Assembly (NCBI RefSeq): GCF_036321535.1
Contig: NC_087437.1
Coordinates: forward strand, 930,001 to 994,000
Length of the DNA stretch: 64,000 nucleotides
Source of the DNA: Camelus dromedarius
Taxonomy: Eukaryota
Reading direction: 5' to 3'
Shown here: piece after piece, positions 1 to 12,000 of the stretch
Position numbering within the stretch: position 1 is the first letter of the stretch
How the letters are laid out: each line of letters starts with the position of its first letter
Notes under the pieces: model-generated
Database searches by the model: none
Seen by the model: the letters and a program-made list of their open reading frames with translations, nothing else
What the model was told of the DNA's origin: nothing
Translations under genes and position numbers: made by a program

Positions 1-3000
1 TTGTGTTCCCAAAAAGCTAGGTGAAGGACGGCTTTCACACACACATATCTCTCAGAAATGAGCAAGTGGAGAGACGTTCGTTCATCTAGCACCAAGGGAA
101 CGGGTTGCAGGAGACAATTTTTCTCTGCTTCCTCAGTCTGTTTCCTAGTGCCGGTTTGAAGTTCCTGCAGTTTTCACTGTAAAACCGAGTTGGAGCTAGT
201 ACCTCCCATATATATGTATGGAATGGAGTTTGCAACTGAAAAGAAACTTTGTGTTCCCAACAAGCTAGGTGAAGGACGGCTTTCACACACACTTATCTCT
301 CAGAACTGAGCAAGTGGAGAGACGTTCGTTCATCTAGCACCAAGGGAACGGGTTGCATGAGACACTTTTTCTCTGCTTTCTCAGTCTGTTTCCTAGTGCC
401 GGTTTGAAGTTCCTGCAGTTTTCACTGTAAAACCGAGTTGGAGCTAGTACCTCCCCATATATATGTATGGAATGGAGTTTGCAACTGAAAAGAAACTTTG
501 TGTTCCCAAGAAGCTAGGTGAAGGACGGCTTTCACACACACATATCTCTCAGAACAGAGCAAGTGGACAGACGTTCGTTCTTCTAGCGCCAAGGGAACGG
601 GTTGCAGGAGACACTTTTTCTCTGCTTTCTTAGTCTGTTTCCTAGTGCCGGTTTGAAGTTCCTGCAGTTTTCACTGTCAAACAGAGTTGGAGCTAGTACC
701 TCCCCATATATATGTATGGAATGGAGTTTCCATCTGAAAAGAAACTTTGTGTTCCCAAAAAGTTAGGTGAAGGACGGCTTTCACACACACTTATCTCTCA
801 GAACTGAGCAAGTGGAGAGACGTTCGTTCATCTAGCACCAAGGGAACGGGTAGCAGGAGACACATTTTCTCTGCTTCCTCAGTCTGTTTCCTAGTGCCGG
901 TTTGAAGTTCCTGCAGTTTTCACTGTAAAACCGAGTTAGAGCTTGTACCTCCCCATATATATTTATGGAATGGAGTTTGCAACTGAAAAGAATCTTTGTG
1001 TTCCAAACAAGCTAGGTGAAGGACGGCTTTCACACACACTTATCTCTCAGAACTGAGCAAGTGGAGAGACGTTCGTTCATCTAGCACCAAGGGAACGGGT
1101 TGCAATAGACACTTTTTCTCTGCGTTCTCAGTCTGTTTCCTAGTGCCGGTTTGAAGTTCCTGCAGTTTTCACTGTAAAACCGAGTTGGATCTAGTACCTC
1201 CCATATATATGTATGGAATGGAGTTTGCAACTGAAAAGAATCTTTGTGTTCCCAACAAGCTAGGTGAAGGACGGCTTTCACACACACTTATCTCTCAGAA
1301 ATGAGCAAGTGTAGAGACGTTCGTTCATCTAGCACCAAGGGAACGGTTTGCAGGAGACACTTTTTCTCTGCTCTCTCAGTCTGTTTAATAGTTCCGGTTT
1401 GAATTTCCTGCAGTTTTCACTGTAAAACCGAGTTGGAGCTTGTACCTCCCCATATATATGTATGGAATGGAGTTTGCAACTGAAAAGAAACTTTGTGTTC
1501 CCAACAAGCTAGGTGAAGGACGGCTTTCACACACACTTAACTCTCAGAATCGAGCAAGTGGAGAGACGTTCGTTCATCTAGCACCAAGGGAACGGGTTTC
1601 AGGAGACACTTTTTCTCTGCTTTCTCAGTCTGTTTCCTAGTGCCGGTTTGAAGTTCCTGCAGTTTTCACTGTGAAACCGAGTTGGAGCTAGTACCTCCCC
1701 ATATATATGTATGGAATGGAGTTTGCCACTGAAAAGAAACTTTGTGTTCCCAACAAACTAGGTGAAGGACGGCTTTCACACACACTTATCTCTCAGAACT
1801 GAGCAAGTGGAGAGACGTTCGTTCATCTAGCACCAAAGAACGGTTTGCAGGAAACACTTTTTCTCTGCTTTCTCAGTCTGTTTCCTAGTGCCGGTTTGAA
1901 GTTCCTGCAGTTTTCACTGTCAAACCGAGTTAGAGCTAGTACCTCCCCATATATATGTATGGAATGGAGTTTGCAACTGAATAGAAACTTTGTGTTCCCA
2001 AAAAGCTAGGTGAAGGACGGCTTTCACACACACTTATCTCTCAGAACTGAGCAAGTGGAGAGACGTTCGTTCACCTAGCACCAAGGGAACGGGTTGCAGG
2101 AGACAATTTTTTTCTGCTTTCTCAGTCTGTTTCCTAGTGCCGGTTTGAAGTTCCTGCAGTTTTCACTGTAAAACCGAGTTGGAGCTAGTACCTCCCATAT
2201 ATATGTATGGAATGGAGTTTGCAACTGAAAAGAAACTTTGTGTTCCCAACAAGCTAGGTGAAGGACGGCTTTCACACACACTTATCTCTCAGAACTGAGC
2301 AAGTGGAGAGACGTTCGTTCATCTAGCACCAAGGGAACGGGTTGCAGGAGACACTTTTTCTCTGCTTTCTCAGGCTGTTTCCTAGTGCCGGTTTGAAGTT
2401 CCTGCAGTTTTCACTGTCAAACCGAGTTGGAGCTAGTACCTCCCCATATATATGTATGGAATGGAGTTTGCAACTGAAAAGAAACTTTGTGTTCCCAACA
2501 AGCTAGTTGAAGGACGGCTTTCACACACACTTATCTCTCAGAACTGTGCAAGTGGAGAGACGTTCGTTCATCTAGCACCAAGGGAACGGGTAGCAGGAGA
2601 CACTTTTTCTCTGCTTCCTCAGTCTGTTTCCTAGTGCCGGTTTGAAGTTCCTGCAGTTTTCACTGTAAAACCGAGTTGGAGCTTGTACCTCCCCATATAT
2701 ATTTATGGAATGGAGTTTGCAACTGAAAAGAAACTTTGTGTTCCCAACAAGCTAGGTGAAGGACGGCTTTCACACACACTTATCTCTCAGAACTGAGCAA
2801 GTGGACAGACGTTCGTTCATCTAGCACCAAGGGAACGGGTTGCAGGAGACACTTTTTCCCTGCTTTCTTAGTCTGTTTCCTAGTGCCGGTTTGAAGTTCC
2901 TGCAGTTTTCACTGTCAAACAGAGTTGGAGCTAGTACCTCCCCATATATATGTATGGAATGGAGTTTGCAACTGAAAAGAAACTTTGTGTTCCCAAAAAG

Positions 3001-6000
3001 CTAGGTGAAGGACGGCTTTCACACACACTTATCTCTCAGAACTGAGCAAGTGGAGAGACGTTCGTTCATCTAGCACCAAGGGAACGGGTTGCAGGAGACA
3101 ATTTTTTTCTGCTTTCTCAGTCTGTTTCCTAGTGCCGGTTTGAAGTTCCTGCAGTTTTCACTGTAAAACCGAGTTGGAGCTAGTACCTCCCATATATATG
3201 TATGGAATGGAGTTTGCAACTGAAAAGAAACTTTGTGTTCCCAACAAGCTAGGTGAAGGACGGCTTTCATACACAATTATCTCTCAGAACTGAGCAAGTG
3301 GAGAGACGTTCGTTCATCTAGCACCAAGGGAACGGGTTGCAGGAGACACTTTTTCTCTGCTTTCTCAGTCTGTTTCCTAGTGCCGGTTTGAAGTTCCTGC
3401 AGTTTTCACTGTAAAACCGAGTTGGAGCTAGTACCTCCCCATATATATGTATGGAATGGAGTTTGCAACTGAAAAGAAACTTTGTGTTCCCAACAAGCTA
3501 GTTGAAGGACGGCTTTCACACACACTTATCTCTCAGAACTGTGCAAGTGGAGAGACGTTCGTTCATCTAGCACCAAGGGAACGGGTAGCAGGAGACACTT
3601 TTTCTCTGCTTCCTCAGTCTGTTTCCTAGTGCCGGTTTGAAGTTCCTGCAGTTTTCACTGTAAAACCGAGTTGGAGCTTGTACCTACCCATATATATTTA
3701 TGGAATGGAGTTTGCAACTGAAAAGAAACTTTGTGTTCCCAACAAGCTAGGTGAAGGACGGCTTTCACACACACTTATCTCTCAGAACTGAGCAAGTGGA
3801 GAGACGTTCGTTCATCTAGCACCAAGGGAACGGGTTGCAGGAGACACTTTTTCTCTGCTTTCTCAGTCTGTTTCCTAGTGCCGGTTTGAAGTTCCTGCAG
3901 TTTTCACTGTAAAACCGATTTGGAGCTTCTACCTCCCCATATATATGTATGGAATGGAGTTTGCAACTGAAAAGAAACTTTGTGTTCCCAAGAAGCTAGG
4001 TGAAGGACGGCTTTCACACACACATATCTCTCAGAACAGAGCACGTGGACAGACGTTCGTTCTTCTAGCACCAAGGGAACGGGTTGCAGGAGACACTTTT
4101 TCTCTGCTTTCTTAGTCTGTTTCCTAGTGCCGGTTTGAAGTTCCTGCAGTTTTCACTGTAAAACCGAGTTGGAGCTAGTACCTCCCCATATATATGTATG
4201 GAATGGAGTTTGCAACTGAAAAGAATCTTTGTGTTCCCAACAAGCTAGGTGAAGGACGGCTTTCACACACACTTATCTCTCAGAAATGAGCAAGTGGAGA
4301 GACGTTCGTTCATCTAGCACCAAGGGAACGGGTTGCAGGAGACACTTTTTCTCTGCTCTCTCAGTCTGTTTCCTAGTTCAGGTTTGAATTTCCTGCAGTT
4401 TTCACTGTCAAACCGAGTTGGAGCTAGTACCTTCCCATATATATGTATGGAATGGAGTTTGCAACTGAAAAGAAACTTTGTGTTCCAAACAAGCTAGGTG
4501 AAGGACGGCTTTCACACACACTTAACTCTCAGAACCGAGCAAGTGGAGAGACGTTCGTTCATCTAGCACCAAGGGAACGGGTTTCAGGAGACACTTTTTC
4601 TCTGCTTTCTCAGTCTGTTTCCTAGTGCCGGTTTGAAGTTCCTGCAGTTTTCACTGTGAAACCGAGTTGGAGTTGTACCTCCCCATATATATGTATGGAA
4701 TGGAGTTTGCCACTGAAAAGAAACTTTGTGGTCCCAACAAACTAGGTGAAGGACGGCTTTCACACACACATATCTCTCAGAACTGAGCAAGTGGAGAGAC
4801 GTTCGTTCATCTAGCACCAAAGGAACGGTTTGCAGGAAACACTTTTTCTCTGCTTTCTCAGTCTGTTTCCTAGTGCCGGTTTGAAGTTCCTGCAGTTTTC
4901 ACTGTCAAACCGAGTTGGAGCTAGTACCTCCCAATATATATGTATGGAATGGAGTTGGCAACTGAAAAGAAACTTTGTGTTCCCAACAAGCTAGGTGAAG
5001 GACGGCTTTCACACACACTTATCTCTCAGAACTGAGTAAGTGGAGAGACGTTCGTTCATTTAGCACCAAGGGAACGGGTAGCAGGAGACACTTTTTCTCT
5101 GCTTCCTCAGTCTGTTTCCTAGTGCCGGTTTGAAGTTCCTGCAGTTTTCACTGTAAAACCGAGTTGGAGCTTGTACCTACCCATATATATTTATGGAATG
5201 GAGTTTGCAACTGAAAAGAAACTTTGTGTTCCCAACAAGCTAGGTGAAGGACGGCTTTCACACACACTTATCTCTCAGAACTGAGCAAGTGGAGAGACGT
5301 TCGTTCATCTAGCACCAAGGGAACGGGTTGCAGGAGACACTTTTTCTCTGCTTTCTCAGTCTGTTTCCTAGTGCCGGTTTGAATTTCCTGCAGTTTTCAC
5401 TGTAAAACCGATTTGGAGCTTCTACCTCCCCATATATATGTATGGAATGGAGTTTGCAACTGAAAAGAAACTTTGTGTTCCCAAGAAGCTAGGTGAAGGA
5501 CGGCTTTCACACACACATATCTCTCAGAACAGAGCACGTGGACAGACGTTCGTTCTTCTAGCACCAAGGGAACGGGTTGCAGGAGACACTTTTTCTCTGC
5601 TTTCTTAGTCTGTTTCCTAGTGCCGGTTTGAAGTTCCTGCAGTTTTCCCTGTAAAACCGAGTTGGAGCTAGTACCTCCCCATATATATGTATGGAATGGA
5701 GTTTGCAACTGAAAAGAATCTTTGTGTTCCCAACAAGCTAGGTGAAGGACGGCTTTCACACACACTTATCTCTCAGAAATGAGCAAGTGGAGAGACGTTC
5801 GTTCATCTAGCACCAAGGGAACGGGTTGCAGGAGACACTTTTTCTCTGCTCTCTCAGTCTGTTTCCTAGTTCAGGTTTGAATTTCCTGCAGTTTTCACTG
5901 TCAAACCGAGTTGGAGCTAGTACCTTCCCATATATATGTATGGAATGGAGTTTGCAACTGAAAAGAAACTTTGTGTTCCAAACAAGCTAGGTGAAGGACG

Positions 6001-9000
6001 GCTTTCACACACACTTAACTCTCAGAACCGAGCAAGTGGAGAGACGTTCGTTCATCTAGCACCAAGGGAACGGGTTTCAGGAGACACTTTTTCTCTGCTT
6101 TCTCAGTCTGTTTCCTAGTGCCGGTCTGAAGTTCCTGCAGTTTTCACTGTGAAACCGAGTTGGAGTTGTACCTCCCCATATATATGTATGGAATGGAGTT
6201 TGCCACTGAAAAGAAACTTTGTGGTCCCAACAAACTAGGTGAAGGACGGCTTTCACACACACATATCTCTCAGAACTGAGCAAGTGGAGAGACGTTCGTT
6301 CATCTAGCACCAAAGGAACGGTTTGCAGGAAACACTTTTTCTCTGCTTTCTCAGTCTGTTTCCTAGTGCCGGTTTGAAGTTCCTGCAGTTTTCACTGTCA
6401 AACCGAGTTGGAGCTAGTACCTCCCAATATATATGTATGGAATGGAGTTTGCAACTGAAAAGAAACTTTGTGTTCCCAACAAGCTAGGTGAAGGACGGCT
6501 TTCACACACACTTATCTCTCAGAACTGAGTAAGTGGAGAGACGTTCGTTCATCTAGCACCAAGGGAACGGGTTGCAGGAGACCCTTTTTCTCTGCTTTCT
6601 CAGTCTGTTTCCTAGTGCTGGTTTGAAGTTCCTGCAGTTTTCACTGTCAAACAGAGTTGGAGCTAGTACCTCCCCATATATATGTATGGAATGGAGTTTG
6701 CAACTGAAAAGAAACTTTGTGTTCCCAAAAAGCTAGGTGAAGGACGGCTTTCACACACACATATCTCTCAGAAATGAGCAAGTGGAGAGACGTTCGTTCA
6801 TCTAGCACCAAGGGAACGGGTTTCAGGAGACACTTTTTCTCTGCTTTCTCAGTCTGTTTCCTAGTGCCGGTTTGAAGTTCCTGCAGTTTTCACTGTGAAA
6901 CCGAGTTGGAGTTGTACCTCCCCATATATATGTATGGAATGGAGTTTGCCACTGAAAAGAAACTTTGTGGTCCCAACAAACTAGGTGAAGGACGGCTTTC
7001 ACACACACATATCTCTCAGAACTGAGCAAGTGGAGAGACGTTCGTTCATCTAGCACCAAAGGAACGGTTTGCAGGAAACACTTTTTCTCTGCTTTCTCAG
7101 TCTGTTTCCTAGTGCCGGTTTGAAGTTCCTGCAGTTTTCACTGTCAAACCGAGTTGGAGCTAGTACCTCCCAATATATATGTATGGAATGGAGTTTGCAA
7201 CTGAAAAGAAACTTTGTGTTCCCAACAAGCTAGGTGAAGGACGGCTTTCACACACACTTATCTCTCAGAACTGAGTAAGTGGAGAGACGTTCGTTCATCT
7301 AGCACCAAGGGAACGGGTTGCAGGAGACCCTTTTTCTCTGCTTTCTCAGTCTGTTTCCTAGTGCTGGTTTGAAGTTCCTGCAGTTTTCACTGTCAAACAG
7401 AGTTGGAGCTAGTACCTCCCCATATATATGTATGGAATGGAGTTTGCAACTGAAAAGAAACTTTGTGTTCCCAAAAAGCTAGGTGAAGGACGGCTTTCAC
7501 ACACACATATCTCTCAGAAATGAGCAAGTGGAGAGACGTTCGTTCATCTAGCACCAAGGGAACGGGTTGCAGGAGACAATTTTTCTCTGCTTCCTCAGTC
7601 TGTTTCCTAGTGCTGGTTTGAAGTTCCTGCAGTTTTCACTGTAAAACCGAGTTGGAGCTAGTACCTCCCATATATATGTATGGAATGGAGTTTGCAACTG
7701 AAAAGAAACTTTGTGTTCCCAACAAGCTAGGTGAAGGACGGCTTTCACACACACTTATCTCTCAGAACTGAGCAAGTGGAGAGACGTTCGTTCATCTAGC
7801 ACCAAGGGAACGGGTTGCATGAGACACTTTTTCTCTGCTTTCTCAGTCTGTTTCCTAGTGCCGGTTTGAAGTTCCTGCAGTTTTCACTGTAAAACCGAGT
7901 TGGAGCTAGTACCTCCCCATATATATGTATGGAATGGAGTTTGCAACTGAAAAGAAACTTTGTGTTCCCAAGAAGCTAGGTGAAGGACGGCTTTCACACA
8001 CACATATCTCTCAGAACAGAGCAAGTGGACAGATGTTCGTTCTTCTAGCACCAAGGGAACGGGTTGCAGCAGACACTTTTTCTCTGCTTTCTTAGTCTGT
8101 TTCCTAGTGCCGGTTTGAAGTTCCTGCAGTTTTCACTGTCAAACAGAGTTGGAGCTAGTACCTCCCCATATATATGTATGGAATGGAGTTTGCATCTGAA
8201 AAGAAACTTTGTGTTCCCAAAAAGCTAGGTGAAGGACGGCTTTCACACACACTTATCTCTCAGAACTGAGCAAGTGGAGAGACGTTCGTTCATCTAGCAC
8301 CAAGGGAACGGGTTGCAATAGACACTTTTTCTCTGCGTTCTCAGTCTGTTTCCTAGTGCCGGTTTGAAGTTCCTGCAGTTTTCACTGTAAAACCGAGTTG
8401 GATCTAGTACCTCCCATATATATGTATGGAATGGAGTTTGCAACTGAAAAGAATCTTTGTGTTCCCAACAAGCTAGGTGAAGGACGGCTTTCACACACAC
8501 TTATCTCTCAGAAATGAGCAAGTGGAGAGACGTTCGTTCATCTAGCACCAAGGGAACGGTTTGCAGGAGACACTTTTTCTCTGCTCTCTCAGTCTGTTTA
8601 ATAGTTCCGGTTTGAATTTCCTGCAGTTTTCACTGTCAAACAGAGTTGGAGCTTGTACCTCCCCATATATATGTATGGAATGGAGTTTGCCACTGAAAAG
8701 AAACTTTGTGTTCCCAACAAGCTAGGTGAAGGACGGCTTTCACACACACTTAACTCTCAGAATCGAGCAAGTGGAGAGACGTTCGTTCATCTAGCACCAA
8801 GGGAACGGGTTTCAGGAGACACTTTTTCTCTGCTTTCTCAGTCTGTTTCCTAGTGCCGGTTTGAAGTTCCTGCAGTTTTCACTGTGAAACCGAGTTGGAG
8901 CTAGTACCTCCCCATATATATGTATGGAATGGAGTTTGCAACTGAATAGAAACTTTGTGTTCCCAAAAAGCTAGGTGAAGGACGGCTTTCACACACACTT

Positions 9001-12000
9001 ATCTCTCAGAACTGAGCAAGTGGAGAGACGTTCGTTCATCTAGCACCAAGGGAACGGGTTGCAGGAGACAATTTTTTTCTGCTTTCTCAGTCTGTTTCCT
9101 AGTGCCGGTTTGAAGTTCCTGCAGTTTTCACTGTAAAACCGAGTTGGAGCTAGTACCTCCCATATATATGTATGGAATGGAGTTTGCAACTGAAAAGAAA
9201 CTTTGTGTTCCCAACAAGCTAGGTGAAGGACGGCTTTCACACACACTTATCTCTCAGAACTGAGCAAGTGGAGAGACGTTCGTTCATCTAGCACCAAGGG
9301 AACGGGTTGCAGGAGACACTTTTTCTCTGCTTTCTCAGTCTGTTTCCTAGTGCCGGTTTGAAGTTCCTGCAGTTTTCACTGTAAAACCGAGTTGGAGCTA
9401 GTACCTCCCCATATATATGTATGGAATGGAGTTTGCAACTGAAAAGAAACTTTGTGTTCCCAACAAGCTAGTTGAAGGACGGCTTTCACACACACTTATC
9501 TCTCTGAACTGTGCAAGTGGAGAGACGTTCGTTCATCTAGCACCAAGGGAACGGGTAGCAGGAGACACTTTGTCTCTGCTTCCTCAGTCTGTTTCCTAGT
9601 GCCGGTTTGAAGTTCCTGCAGTTTTCACTGTAAAACCGAGTTGGAGCTTGTACCTACCCATATATATTTATGGAATGGAGTTTGCAACTGAAAAGAAACT
9701 TTGTGTTCCCAACAAGCTAGGTGAAGGACGGCTTTCACACACACTTATCTCTCAGAACTGAGCAAGTGGAGAGACGTTCGTTCATCTAGCACCAAGGGAA
9801 CGGGTTGCAGGAGACACTTTTTCTCTGCTTTCTCAGTCTGTTTCCTAGTGCCGGTTTGAAGTTCCTGCAGTTTTCACTGTAAAACCGATTTGGAGCTTCT
9901 ACCTCCCCATATATATGTATGGAATGGAGTTTGCAACTGAAAAGAAACTTTGTGTTCCCAAGAAGCTAGGTGAAGGACGGCTTTCACACACACATATCTC
10001 TCAGAACAGAGCACGTGGAGAGACGTTCGTTCTTCTAGCACCAAGGGAACGGGTTGCAGGAGACACTTTTTCTCTGCTTTCTTAGTCTGTTTCCTAGTGC
10101 CGGTTTGAAGTTCCTGCAGTTTTCACTGTAAAACCGAGTTGGAGCTAGTACCTCCCCATATATATGTATGGAATGGAGTTTGCAACTGAAAAGAATCTTT
10201 GTGTTCCCAACAAGCTAGGTGAAGGACGGCTTTCACACACACTTATCTCTCAGAAATGAGCAAGTGGAGAGACGTTCGTTCATCTAGCACCAAGGGAACG
10301 GGTTGCAGGAGACACTTTTTCTCTGCTCTCTCAGTCTGTTTCCTAGTTCAGGTTTGAATTTCCTGCAGTTTTCACTGTCAAACCGAGTTGGAGCTAGTAC
10401 CTTCCTATATATGTATGGAATGGAGTTTGCAACTGAAAAGAAACTTTGTGTTCCCAACAAGCTAGGTGAAGGACGGCTTTCACACACACTTAACTCTCAG
10501 AACCGAGCAAGTGGAGAGACGTTCGTTCATCTAGCACCAAGGGAACGGGTTTCAGGAGACACTTTTTCTCTGCTTTCTCAGTCTGTTTCCTAGTGCCGGT
10601 TTGAAGTTCCTGCAGTTTTCACTGTGAAACCGAGTTGGAGTTGTACCTCCCCATATATATGTATGGAATGGAGTTTGCCACTGAAAAGAAACTTTGTGGT
10701 CCCAACAAACTAGGTGAAGGACGGCTTTCACACACACATATCTCTCAGAACTGAGCAAATGGAGAGACGTTCGTTCATCTAGCACCAAAGGAACGGTTTG
10801 CAGGAAACACTTTTTCTCTGCTTTCTCAGTCTGTTTCCTAGTGCCGGTTTGAAGTTCCTGCAGTTTTCACTGTCAAACCGAGTTGGAGCTAGTACCTCCC
10901 AATATATATGTATGGAATGGAGTTTGCAACTGAAAAGAATCTTTGTGTTCCCAACAAGCTAGGTGAAGGACGGCTTTCACACACACTTATCTCTCAGAAC
11001 TGAGTAAGTGGAGAGACTTTCGTTCATCTAGCACCAAGGGAACGGGTTGCAGGAGACACTTTTTCTCTGCTTTCTCAGTCTGTTTCCTAGTGCCGGTTTG
11101 AAGTTCCTGCAGTTTTCACTGTCAAACAGATTTGGAAATAGTACCTCCCCTTATATATGTATGGAATGGAGTTTGCAACCGAAAAGAAACTTTGTGTTCC
11201 CAACAAGCTATGTGAAGGACGGCTTTCACACACACTTATCTCTCAGAACTGAGCAAGTGGAGAGACGTTCGTTCATCTAGCACCAAGGGAACGGGTTGCC
11301 GGAGACACTTTTTCTCTGCTTTCTCCGTCTGTTTCCTAGTGCCGCTTTGAAGTTCCTGCAGTTTTCAATGTCAAACCGAGTTAGAGCTTGTAGCTATCCA
11401 TATATATGTATGGAATGGAGTTTGCAACTGAAAAGAAACTTTGTGTTCCCAACAAGCTAGGTGAAGGACGGCTTTCACACACACTTAACTCTCAGAACCG
11501 AGCAAGTGGAGAGACGTTCGTTCATCTAGCACCAAGGGAACGGGTTGCAGGAAAAACTTTTTCTCTGCTTTCTCAGTCTGTTTCCTAGTGCCGGTTTGAA
11601 GTTCCTGCAGTTTTCACTGTCAAACCGAGTTGGAGCTTGTACCTCCCCATATATATGTATGGAATGGAGTTTGCAACTGAAAAGAAACTTGGTGTTCCCA
11701 ACAAGCTAGGTGAAGGACGGCTTTCACACACACTTATCTCTCAGAACTGAGCAAGTGGAGAGACGTTCGTTCATCTAGCACCAAGGGAACGGGTTGCAGG
11801 AGACACTTTTTCTCTGCTTCTCAGTCTGTTTCCTAGTGCCGGTTTGAAGTTCCTGCAGTTTTCACTGTCAAACCGAGTTGGAGCTAGTACCTCCCCATAT
11901 ATATGTATGGAATGGAGTTTGCAACTGAAAAGAAACTTTGTGTTCCCAACAAGCTAGGTGAAGGACGGCTTTCACACACACTTATCTCTCAGAACTGAGC

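Noticed and set aside
219..227. TGGAATGGA, resembling human satellite II/III pentamers
   Set aside because: Fewer than two pentamer units; too short to imply homology.
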